A stretch of 12,040 bases of DNA from Candidatus Krumholzibacteriota bacterium (GCA_039714075.1 JBDLKA010000101.1:1-12040), one strand, 5' to 3'. Shown: positions 1 through 8,204, counted from the stretch's first letter. A program made the numbers and translations. Notes: generated from the sequence alone by a model not told the origin.

Positions 1-503
1 CGGCGGGAGATGCCCATTACCGCCGCGGTTTCGTCCAGGGTCAAACCCCCGAAAAACCTCAGTTCGATGATGCGCCCCAGTCCGGGATCCTGCCCGCTCA
101 GTTTTTCCAGGGCCTCGTGCAGGTCGAAGAGATCGAAGGAGGTGTCCGCATCGGGGGTCAGGTTGTCGTCGATGGTAACGCGGCGCAGATCGCCGCCCCG
201 CTTGACCGCGCCTTTCCGCCGGGCGTGGTCCACCAGGATCTGGCGCATCGCCCGGGCGGCCGTCCCGTAGAAGTGGGCGCGTCCTTCCCAGGAAATCTTA
301 TCCACGTCGACCAGGCGCAGGAAGGCCTCATGGACCAGGGCGGTGGGCTGCAGGGTGTGGCCGACCTGCTCCCTGTTCATCTGCCCGGTCGCCAGCAGAT
401 GCAGTTCGTCGTAGATCACCTCGAGCAGCAGATCGCCCTGAGCGGTGTCGTTCAGGTCGAGCTGGCAGAGCATCCGGGTCAACTGGTTCTTGTCCATAGG
501 CAT
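1..503 (-). CDS. ECF-type RNA polymerase sigma factor (TIGR02999 / Sigma70_ECF-like), 3' end truncated by window edge
   Basis: Manual translation from ATG at 503 (AGGA 8 nt upstream; alternative ATG at 497): MPMDKNQLTRML...VIYDELHLLA...GHTLQPTALVHEAFLRLV...HFYGTAARAMRQILVDHARRKGAVKRGG...LHEALEKLSGQDPGLGRIIELRFFGGLTLDETAAVMGISR. HTLQPTALVHEA and AARAMRQILVDHARR are hallmark motifs. No stop before base 1, which explains its absence from the ORF track. Confidence 0.92.
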   Translation of the reverse strand, partial: MPMDKNQLTRMLCQLDLNDTAQGDLLLEVIYDELHLLATGQMNREQVGHTLQPTALVHEAFLRLVDVDKISWEGRAHFYGTAARAMRQILVDHARRKGAVKRGGDLRRVTIDDNLTPDADTSFDLFDLHEALEKLSGQDPGLGRIIELRFFGGLTLDETAAVMGISR

Positions 504-760
504 ACAGGAATTCCTGGTTGATAATATGAAATCGACAAATGATGAGTAAATATATCCGAAATAGATTAAATCCGCCTGTCTTCAGTTCTGGTGGGGGAGC
601 GGCTGGACAAAATCTGACTTCCCCGCATGATGGATCATTCGATTTCAGGGTAACCTTGCCCTTATTCGGGCCAAATGATCCATTTTTGGTCTCCACAAAG
701 AAAGACCCCCCGGGGGGTTTTGACCCACGGTTCTGCACGGCTTCAGCCGCGCGGAACATT

Positions 761-788
761 TTTACACCAACACCACATATGCTATATT
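761..788 (+). promoter_or_regulatory. Putative sigma70 promoter of the lipoprotein gene
   Basis: TTTACA (761-766), 16-nt spacer, TATATT (783-788) with extended -10 TG at 780-781; about 40 nt upstream of ATG 830. Confidence 0.5.
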
Positions 789-829
789 CCCGCAACCGGA
801 ATGAATATTTCTTTTCAAGGGGGATAATC

Positions 830-1552
830 ATGTTCAGATCCATCATGGCGCTGATGGTCATGGCCGCGGTCCTGTTGGCCGGATGTAGCGACGACGACGA
901 CGGCAATGGCGGGGGACTGCCCCTCCCGAATAATTGTGCCGACGTCGGCGGCACCTGGTCCATGGCCCTTCAGGTGGACAGCGGCTGGTTCGGAGGGGTG
1001 TTGAGTTCCATCACGGTGCTTGACCAGTCCGATACCTGCACGGTCACCGGGACCATGGTTCTGGGTCCTGAATTGGAGGGATTCACCACCAGGGACTCCT
1101 TGTACTTCATCTACGGCATGCCGGGCGCGGCCCCGGAAGACCAGGTCTACTGCGCCCTGGAGATCGTGGACGAGTACCTGATGGAAGGCCAATACGCGGG
1201 AACGGACGGCTCGGGAGCCATGACCATGCACGGGCCGGATCCCGATTGCAGCGGCACGGTGGAAATGCAGGTGTCCGCTGGGCTCGAGCCCACCTTCAGC
1301 TGGCAGCCCCGGTGTTCGGCTTCCCTGATGTTGATTGAACCGGTTGACAGCGGAGCGGACCAGTGGTCCGTCGGCAATGAGAATGAAAATGCGCTGGATT
1401 CCGGCTTGACCTATGGCGTAGCCCCGGCGGGAGTTCAGTCCGGCACCGCCTTGCCTCTGGTGGCCGGTCAAACGTATAAAGCCATCCTCTACCGCTGGCT
1501 CGGCGAGGATGATGCCTATCTCATGGTTGAATACGAAGTTTTTACACCTTGA
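830..1552 (+). CDS. Predicted lipoprotein of unknown function (240 aa)
   Basis: Likely start is ATG 830 after SD AAGGGGG (ORF track start 539 runs through AT-rich intergenic DNA). MFRSIMALMVMAAVLLAG|C is a signal peptide II with LAGC lipobox followed by an acidic linker SDDDDG. Confidence 0.85.
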   Translation: MFRSIMALMVMAAVLLAGCSDDDDGNGGGLPLPNNCADVGGTWSMALQVDSGWFGGVLSSITVLDQSDTCTVTGTMVLGPELEGFTTRDSLYFIYGMPGAAPEDQVYCALEIVDEYLMEGQYAGTDGSGAMTMHGPDPDCSGTVEMQVSAGLEPTFSWQPRCSASLMLIEPVDSGADQWSVGNENENALDSGLTYGVAPAGVQSGTALPLVAGQTYKAILYRWLGEDDAYLMVEYEVFTP

Positions 1553-1557
1553 GCAGC

Positions 1558-1620
1558 AAAGCCCCGGCGAAGCGCACGGCAGGACAGTGATTCCTGTCCC
1601 GTGGCGGTCTTCGCCGGGGC
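1558..1620 (-). terminator. Long hairpin between convergent genes; probable terminator for the C25 peptidase gene
   Basis: Perfect 12-bp outer stem GCCCCGGCGAAG (1561-1572)/CTTCGCCGGGGC (1609-1620), inner stem GGACAG/CTGTCC with TGATTC loop; short TTT after the stem on the minus strand; begins 5 nt after the C25 stop. Confidence 0.65.
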
Positions 1621-1625
1621 AAAAC

Positions 1626-4600
1626 CTATTTCAATAAGGTCGCCTTCCCGATCCCGACCTCCCCTTGAGAGCTGGCCTTGTAGAAATACACCCCGCTGGC
1701 CGCGACCGACCCTTGGTTGTCCGTGCCGTCCCAGACGACGGTCTGGCCCGCCCCGGCCGGCCGGGGCCCGTCGATCAGGGTCTTCACCAACCGTCCGCGA
1801 ACGTTGTATATGCTCAGCTTCAGATGACCCGCCCTGGGCAGGGAATACTTGATCGTCATGCTCGGGTTGAACGGGTTGGGATACGCCGCGTCAACCGAGA
1901 AACCGGCCACCGGGACATCCCCGGGATCGATCACCGGAACCACTTCCATGGGGATGAATACCCCGTCGCGCCGGTTGTTGCCGCCGAAGGTGGGCCAGGG
2001 GACGAGGTGCCGGTCATAGGCGAAGGGCATGTCCCAGACATGGATCAGGGAATCCCAACCACCGTAGACGATTTCCACGTCCGTGTCCCAGTCGAGGTCC
2101 GTGATGACGGCCGAGGGCATAAGGGGGCCCGTCAGGGTGATGGGGAAGCCGTTCACGAGGCTGCCGTCCAGCTTGTAGGCATACAGGTTGAAGGGAGAAT
2201 TCAGATCTCCCCCTCCGATTCCGTGAAGGATGTCAGGAGACAAGTCCCCGTCGATGTCGCCGATGACGGGACTGCCTTCGCTGCTGCCGGGCAGGACCAC
2301 CGGCCACCCGGCCAGAACCTGGCCCGAGGTGCCGCCGACGTAATCGGTATCGACCACCACCAGGCGGCTGACCGCTCCGGACTCGTTGGGAGCGTGGATG
2401 ATCTCCAGCATGTCGTCGCCATCCATGTCCGCCAGTCCCGGACTGCTGACCCAGTCATGCACCGCCGCGTATCCCAGGTACTTGGGGAACCCGGGATAGT
2501 TGGTGCCGTCCTGCTGGACGGCGTACAAATACCGGGCGCTGTCGGAAAAGATGATTTCAACCTGGCCGTTGTCGTCCAGGTCGCCCACGCAGGGATCGAC
2601 GCTGATGCCGCCGTTGGCGATGTAGGGGAAGCCGGCGACATCCGTCCCGTCGTGTTTCAAGGCCATCAGGCGTTTCAGGCCGGAGTCGTCGTTCCTGGTG
2701 CCGAAGATGATGTCCTTGGCTCCGTCGCCGTCCAGATCGTACAGCGCAGGCCCGCTGCGGGACCATTCGTACTGGGCGCCCGCCCTGACATAAAAGACCC
2801 CGTTGGTGGCGGGATCCCCGTCCCCGTCCCGGACTTCGGATCCGTCGGCATTCAAGGCGTAGATGACTCCATTCAAGGCGTGGATGACGATTTCAGCTTC
2901 GCCGTCGCCGTCGATGTCGCCCACGGCCGGCGTGGCCCAATTCCATCCGGTCCCGACCTGGTTGGTGGACAGGGTCTGGGGCCAGCCGGTCAATTCCGAT
3001 CCATCCCTGGTGAAGACGTGGATCCTGACTGAGGGGTACTGTTCGGAAATGATCATTTCCTGGCCGGGAACGAGGTCGAGGTTGGCCAGGGCCACACCCG
3101 CGGGTCCCAATATGTAATTGGAGGGGAAATCGGTGAACACGCCCAGAGTCTGCGACTCGCCGTCGCCATCCATGAATTCCTGGCCGTCATGGTTGAAGAC
3201 GTAGACCTGGGTACTGGACAGCACGATTTCACTGTCCCCGTTGCCGTCGATATCGCCCACGGCCAGGTGGCTGCTGGTCTCGGGCTTGTAATCCACCGGG
3301 AAGCCCGGCAACTCCGGCGGAGCCGTGGAACTGGTCACCAAAGCCGAAAGGTCGCTGAGCACGCCGGAGGAATCCACGGCGGCGACCTTGTAGTAGTACC
3401 TGGTCATTTGTCCCAGATTCTCGTCCCGGTAGTAGGAGGCTCCGGAAACGACGTCCGGGTTGACCCGGGAGAAGGGACCAAGATCGCTCAGGCTGCGATA
3501 GACGTTGTAGCCGAACAGGTCGGCACTGCCCGGCGGATCCCAGCTCAAGGCGATGACATCGGGGCCCAACGAGGTATCGGTGGTGATGTTGACCGGGATA
3601 TCGGGCCGCCAGGGAGTGAAGTCATGGGAAAACGTCCGGCCGTAGTTGTCGACGAAATCGACACGGCTGGCATCCCCGCCCACCAGGCTGGTGAGCGACA
3701 GGGAATAGGTCACGCTTCCGGAGGATTCCACCAGGTGATCGAGACCGGTCCAGGTGGCCACCGAATCGTACAGAACCACGTTCACCTCGTCGGTCCTCAG
3801 GTAACCGGTTACGTCATCGGCGGTTCCGCCGCCGTAGTTTTTCAGGTAGGCGGTGATGCGGATGCGCTCACCCGGATCCAGGATTCCGTTTCCGTCGCCG
3901 AAGGTCTGGTCTTCCCAATCCATGGACACCACTTCCGGCAGTGGCGTTCCGACCACCTCTTTCCACTGGGTGACGTACGTGTTTCCTCCTTCAGTGACAT
4001 CGATCTGGAAGGTGATCTCCGAGGCGTCGGGTATACCCGGGTTGAAGTAGACCAGGAAGGGCGATTGGGCCAACGATGACTCGCCGGCCGCCAGCGCGGG
4101 AAAGGTGGTGGTGTCGGTCAGGATGACGACCTCCGGTTCGGAACAACTCAGGACACCTGTCAGTCCCGCGGTTCCCGAACCGCCCGTCTCGGTCAGCAGG
4201 GCGGTAAACTCCACGACCTCCCCGGATTCGATGTTCACGTTGCCGTTGCCGATGGATCCGCCGGTGCCGTCATCCACGACGGTCATATCCGAAAGTGCGG
4301 CAAAGGCCGCCCCTGAGGTGACCGGCAGCAGCTGGTCCTTCCTGACGAGGTTCTTGCCGGAAATCGTCAACGTGGCATCACCCGTAGAAGTGGGCAGGAA
4401 GTCCAGGTTGACCACGCCCGCGACGTCGGTCAGGCCATAGGCATGGCTTTCGCCGTCCTTGGCGAGGCAGACCAGCGCGTTTTCCACCGGGTTGCCGCCT
4501 TCGGTAACGGTGAAGCCCAGGGTTTGCGGCCCCAGCCCCATACCGGTAGGGCCGGCCACGTTGACCGGGGCGGGCGTTCCGGTCCATAGCGCCAGGGTCG

Positions 4601-6506
4601 GATCCCCCAGCAGCGTGTAGTTCTCGAAGGTCCACCTGTCGACGTAATTGGCCTCGGTCAAACCGATGAAGGGCAGGCGGCTGAGCGCAACCAGTCTGCC
4701 CACCCTCGTTTCTCCGCTACAATAGAGATGACTGAAGAATTCCTGCTGGTAGTTGTTCGAATTGTTGGGGAAAGCGGCCCGGACCGAGCCGATGGAACAG
4801 ACGGATCCGCCATTGGGATTCAACATGAATCGTTCCAGCAGGCAGGACTTGTCGAAGGCGCCGGAGGCGCAGTTCAGGGCGTAGATCATGAACTGGTGGT
4901 CGCCGTTGGTTAAATTGTCGGCATCGGTGGTCGTGAAGTTCGCGTCGGCGACGGACATGTTGTAGAAGGCCCCGTGGCCGATCTGGTTCAGGATGCCGTG
5001 ACGGCCGGAATTGATCGTATCGATCAGGGCGGCGCGGGTCAGAGGGGCGTCCCGGGGATACAGCAGGGAGTCCGACTGGTACATCCTCATGTATTCCATG
5101 TCGGTGCAGGGAATAATGTATTCGATGACCTGCTGGTGGGCGTACTGCGCTCCGTCGAGAATGATGACGGGTTCAATGGGCCAATCCTCGGGAAAAAGGA
5201 CTTCCGCTGCGAACAGGACGCGGTTGGCCCAGTCGGCGGTCACGTCCGCGGACTCGTAGGTGATGACCTTGTTCACGAAAACCCCGGCCTCGGCGACGTT
5301 TCTCACGGTCGCCCTGCCGATGTAGACCTCTTCGGCGAAGTCGACGAGGTCTCCCGGGTCGGGGGCTTTGGCGGGTTCCCCGAAATTCTCGTCCCCGTCG
5401 TCGTTCCAGGTTCCATCCAGGCAGGCGAAATACAGATCAACCGGAATGAAGGTGGATCCGAAGGTGGGGTAGAAGGTGTTTTCCACGTACCGCGCGGGCA
5501 GGATGTCCGAATCCCCGCCCAGCAGGACGTACTCCGTGCCCCACTTCTCGTAGGCTTCGCGAATGTACATCCGCATCGTTTCCTGGATGTCCGCCCCGTT
5601 CCGGAAATTGGCCGCGATGAATTCCCGCGTGGCCACCACCGTGGGGATGCCCTGGGCCGTCTTGTGGTCGGCCAGGACCTGGAACTGGTTCTTCATGTCG
5701 TCGTTGGTGATGATCAGGTAGGTCACGCCGCTCCCGTTGAGACTCGGAATCTGGGTGGGCTGGAACCCGGCGGATTTTTCCTGGAGATCCTGCCCGTGCT
5801 GGCGGTGGTAACCGGATATTTCCCGGGGATTGGCCACCAGTTCGGCCAGAATCCGGGCGCTTTCCTCGGCCTCGCCCGGCACCAGGCGCTGCCTGACAGC
5901 CACCTCGTCGAGGTCCGCCGCGCCACCGGCGGACATCCGCACGGCGAAGGAATCGAGGAATTCCAGTTCCACGCCCTGGTCCGATTGGATTTCACGCACG
6001 GGATAGACGGTCACCGTGGCCAGACGGTATCCGCGCCACACGTGTTGCCCGGTGAATTCGCCCCAGACGGCGGGAAATTCCACGCCCTGCCGGGTCATCC
6101 CGGCCTGGGAAACAATTTCACCCGCGTCGGTGACCAGGGGGGGCGCAACGGCCAGGGAGGATTCCACCGCTTCACGATGGGTCTGGAGGGGTTCGATCCA
6201 AAGATTGGTCACATCGCTGGCAAGGGGAACCAGGAAAACCAGGTCCCGTGCGGGCAGCTGGGGCAATCCCGGCTGGGCCAGGATCCGGGTTCCGTCAAGC
6301 ACCGGATAGGGAACACCTTGGGGATCGGTTTCCCAGTTCAGGTCCTTGGCCGTGAAGGATCCTTCGTGGATCACCTGATCGACAGCAGCAGTGACATTGG
6401 CCGGAGCCAGGGCCAGGTGCCCAACTATGAACCCGGCAAGGATCAGGCCCTTCAGGACAAGATTGCGGAACGCGGGATGAGCGGGGCGAAATCCGGAATA
6501 CGACAT
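1626..6506 (-). CDS. Secreted gingipain-like C25 family cysteine peptidase with Ig-like repeats, FnIII, FG-GAP-like repeats and FlgD-Ig/T9SS-like C-terminal domain (1626 aa)
   Basis: ATG 6506 preceded by GGGAGG; signal peptide ending APANVTA; propeptide-like PGLPQLP; C25 motifs YLIITND, YVLLGGD, DLYFACLDG, IGRA, GHG (His codon 4974-4976), NCASG (Cys codon 4869-4871), YTLLGDP; FnIII (LSWDPP...GYNVYRS...YYYKVAAVD); repeated GDIDGDG..EIV; CTD AYPNPFNP...IYNVRGRLVKTL...WDGTD...SGVYFY. Confidence 0.9.
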   Translation of the reverse strand: MSYSGFRPAHPAFRNLVLKGLILAGFIVGHLALAPANVTAAVDQVIHEGSFTAKDLNWETDPQGVPYPVLDGTRILAQPGLPQLPARDLVFLVPLASDVTNLWIEPLQTHREAVESSLAVAPPLVTDAGEIVSQAGMTRQGVEFPAVWGEFTGQHVWRGYRLATVTVYPVREIQSDQGVELEFLDSFAVRMSAGGAADLDEVAVRQRLVPGEAEESARILAELVANPREISGYHRQHGQDLQEKSAGFQPTQIPSLNGSGVTYLIITNDDMKNQFQVLADHKTAQGIPTVVATREFIAANFRNGADIQETMRMYIREAYEKWGTEYVLLGGDSDILPARYVENTFYPTFGSTFIPVDLYFACLDGTWNDDGDENFGEPAKAPDPGDLVDFAEEVYIGRATVRNVAEAGVFVNKVITYESADVTADWANRVLFAAEVLFPEDWPIEPVIILDGAQYAHQQVIEYIIPCTDMEYMRMYQSDSLLYPRDAPLTRAALIDTINSGRHGILNQIGHGAFYNMSVADANFTTTDADNLTNGDHQFMIYALNCASGAFDKSCLLERFMLNPNGGSVCSIGSVRAAFPNNSNNYQQEFFSHLYCSGETRVGRLVALSRLPFIGLTEANYVDRWTFENYTLLGDPTLALWTGTPAPVNVAGPTGMGLGPQTLGFTVTEGGNPVENALVCLAKDGESHAYGLTDVAGVVNLDFLPTSTGDATLTISGKNLVRKDQLLPVTSGAAFAALSDMTVVDDGTGGSIGNGNVNIESGEVVEFTALLTETGGSGTAGLTGVLSCSEPEVVILTDTTTFPALAAGESSLAQSPFLVYFNPGIPDASEITFQIDVTEGGNTYVTQWKEVVGTPLPEVVSMDWEDQTFGDGNGILDPGERIRITAYLKNYGGGTADDVTGYLRTDEVNVVLYDSVATWTGLDHLVESSGSVTYSLSLTSLVGGDASRVDFVDNYGRTFSHDFTPWRPDIPVNITTDTSLGPDVIALSWDPPGSADLFGYNVYRSLSDLGPFSRVNPDVVSGASYYRDENLGQMTRYYYKVAAVDSSGVLSDLSALVTSSTAPPELPGFPVDYKPETSSHLAVGDIDGNGDSEIVLSSTQVYVFNHDGQEFMDGDGESQTLGVFTDFPSNYILGPAGVALANLDLVPGQEMIISEQYPSVRIHVFTRDGSELTGWPQTLSTNQVGTGWNWATPAVGDIDGDGEAEIVIHALNGVIYALNADGSEVRDGDGDPATNGVFYVRAGAQYEWSRSGPALYDLDGDGAKDIIFGTRNDDSGLKRLMALKHDGTDVAGFPYIANGGISVDPCVGDLDDNGQVEIIFSDSARYLYAVQQDGTNYPGFPKYLGYAAVHDWVSSPGLADMDGDDMLEIIHAPNESGAVSRLVVVDTDYVGGTSGQVLAGWPVVLPGSSEGSPVIGDIDGDLSPDILHGIGGGDLNSPFNLYAYKLDGSLVNGFPITLTGPLMPSAVITDLDWDTDVEIVYGGWDSLIHVWDMPFAYDRHLVPWPTFGGNNRRDGVFIPMEVVPVIDPGDVPVAGFSVDAAYPNPFNPSMTIKYSLPRAGHLKLSIYNVRGRLVKTLIDGPRPAGAGQTVVWDGTDNQGSVAASGVYFYKASSQGEVGIGKATLLK
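1965..3305 (-). repeat. About eight FG-GAP/VCBS-like protein repeats within the C25 gene (predicted beta-propeller)
   Basis: Units AVGDIDGNGDSEIV, ALANLDLVPGQEMI, AVGDIDGDGEAEIV, ALYDLDGDGAKDII, CVGDLDDNGQVEII, GLADMDGDDMLEII, VIGDIDGDLSPDIL, VITDLDWDTDVEIV, mostly preceded by G[FW]P. Boundaries approximate. Confidence 0.8.
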
Positions 6507-6845
6507 GGGAAGCCTCCCGGCCAGCCGACAACGCCGCGCGGAAAAACCCGGCGCCATCGCAAAAGCATAAAATTTGGTGAGGAAATGAAATTGCTTTCAG
6601 CACCTCAGGATCATGGGCAAGGTTTTTCGAAATGATTCCGGCGGTCAGGGGGTATGAAATTGCCGGAAATGATGCCCGTTAGCTTTGGCTGTTGAAGAGG
6701 CCTCCCAATGCCGTCCTGTGAACCAGTTCAAGCTCGATCCTGATTAATATGATCTGAAAAATCCGTATGTCGACTATCAGGGGGTTACGTTACCACAATT
6801 GTTGGTCGTGGTCAATGGGGTGCCCAAAACAACGCATCCCTCGGG

Positions 6846-6879
6846 AAAGAAATGGCCGCCTTTCCGGGAAAGGCGGCCA
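6846..6879 (-). terminator. Rho-independent terminator of the 6900-7487 gene
   Basis: Minus strand: TGGCCGCCTTTC-CCG-GAAAGGCGGCCA followed by TTTCTTT, about 20 nt after the stop codon. Confidence 0.85.
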
Positions 6880-6899
6880 CTGGTCAAAGAACATTCCAA

Positions 6900-7487
6900 T
6901 CAGTGAAACAACGCTTTGACCCCGCCCCAGGAAACACTCGTCACGGGCATAACCGTCGGGTTGAGGGTAAAGGTCGGTTCCCCGACACCGCTTGGATACG
7001 GGGTGAGATTGATGAGCTCCTGGCCATCCATGGGACTCTCGTGGGAGTTGATGTAGCGGGGTTCGTCTCCCCCACCGGGGCCGGTGTATCTCGTGATGTA
7101 GAACTGCGCGGGTTCCGAGTCCAGAGGGACGATGATGAAAGTCAGCAGATGGTTGACGGTCTGGAACGGGATGGTGGGGTGAGCCACCAGGAAACTCGGC
7201 GGGGTGCTGATGGTTAGGGAACCCGCGACGGGAAGGTTCCAACCCCAGACCGTGATGTTGTCCGGGACGACAATGGAACATTCCCAGGCTCCCAGGTACT
7301 GGTCACCCGATGGCCGCGTCAGCAGCAGGTAGACCTCCATGGGAACACCCTCTTCCAGCTGCACCTGGTTGACCATGCCGGCCATGTCGGCGTAGATCCC
7401 GATGCCGTCGGGATTGGGATCGATCTGGGCGGTTCCGGTGGCCGCCCAAAGGATCATGCATCCGAAAATCACTATTAATTTTTTCAT
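6900..7487 (-). CDS. Secreted hypothetical protein with C-terminal SWGGVKALF motif (195 aa)
   Basis: ATG 7487 with GGAGG SD; signal peptide MKKLIVIFGCMILWAATGTA|Q; beta-rich body starting DPNPDGIGIYAD; ends PVTSVSWGGVKALFH; followed by a terminator. Confidence 0.85.
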   Translation of the reverse strand: MKKLIVIFGCMILWAATGTAQIDPNPDGIGIYADMAGMVNQVQLEEGVPMEVYLLLTRPSGDQYLGAWECSIVVPDNITVWGWNLPVAGSLTISTPPSFLVAHPTIPFQTVNHLLTFIIVPLDSEPAQFYITRYTGPGGGDEPRYINSHESPMDGQELINLTPYPSGVGEPTFTLNPTVMPVTSVSWGGVKALFH

Positions 7488-7593
7488 GATTTCCTCCAAA
7501 TTTTTAAAATCCACAGCGAATCAAATAGGAACATCAGCAACACCTGGTTTAGGTTAAGGAAATGAAAAACAAGGGTCAAAAAACGGGGGATGA

Positions 7594-7623
7594 TTGACCG
7601 GATTCGAGAACCAATGCTAGGAT
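7594..7623 (+). promoter_or_regulatory. Putative sigma70 promoter of the DinB-family gene
   Basis: TTGACC (7594-7599), 18-nt spacer, TG-C-TAGGAT extended -10 (7615-7623). Confidence 0.5.
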
Positions 7624-7668
7624 CGGCCGGAAAATCAAGCAATCCGGGGCTTTACAAAGGACGGCAAC

Positions 7669-8199
7669 ATGGCTGACTTCGCGCGCCCGCGGGCGGATGA
7701 GTACCATCCCTACTACCAGACCTACCTGGACCTGGTGCCCGCCGACATCACCGACGTCCTGCAGCACCTGAAAAAGCAGGGCCTGGAAATGCTGACCCTG
7801 ATGCGCACCCTGGACGACGCGCGCGCCGAATATCGCTACCAGCCGGACAAATGGTCGATCAAGGAAATCATCGGACACCTGATCGACACCGAGCGGCTGT
7901 TCGCGTTTCGCACCCTGTGGCTGGCCCGGGGGGAACTCAACGAGCAGCCGGGCATGGACGAGAACCTGTGGGGGCGCAATTCCAATGCCCATGCCCGCCG
8001 GCTGCCCGCGCTGTGGCGCGAACAGCATGTGTGCCGCACGGACCATGTGTACCTGTTCCGGAGTCTGGACCAGGCGTCTATCGCTCGCCGCGGCACCATC
8101 AACGGAGTGGAAACCACCGCGCGGACCATCCCCTGGGTGATTGCGGGGCACGAGCGGCATCACCTCAAGGTGCTGAAGGAAAGATACGGAGTGGGCTAA
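7669..8199 (+). CDS. DinB/YfiT-like family protein (putative metal-dependent thiol S-transferase fold)
   Basis: AAGGA SD; motifs RPRADEYHPYYQTY, YRYQPDKWSIKEIIGHLIDTER, IAGHERHHL giving the His triad typical of DinB_2 proteins. Confidence 0.9.
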   Translation: MADFARPRADEYHPYYQTYLDLVPADITDVLQHLKKQGLEMLTLMRTLDDARAEYRYQPDKWSIKEIIGHLIDTERLFAFRTLWLARGELNEQPGMDENLWGRNSNAHARRLPALWREQHVCRTDHVYLFRSLDQASIARRGTINGVETTARTIPWVIAGHERHHLKVLKERYGVG

Positions 8200-8204
8200 C
8201 CGGA

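Noticed and set aside
298..306. DnaA-box-like TTATCCACG; idea that the AT-rich rho upstream region is an origin
   Set aside because: Single imperfect box inside a coding region; no DnaA-box cluster near 10550-10700.
10..963. ORFs 10-270, 117-521, 328-963 and the 539 start of the lipoprotein
   Set aside because: They overlap the ECF sigma gene or the intergenic DNA; SD and lipobox place the true start at 830.
1665..6635. Long plus-strand ORFs 1665-3032, 3189-4079 and 4974-6635
   Set aside because: Antisense shadows of the C25 gene caused by high GC3 codon bias; no recognisable motifs.
6614..6665. c-di-GMP-I riboswitch-like GGCAA...CGAAA and sigma54-like GGTATGAAATTGC
   Set aside because: Wrong strand for the adjacent gene; GCAAAG/P2 elements are missing and the -24/-12 spacing is off by one.
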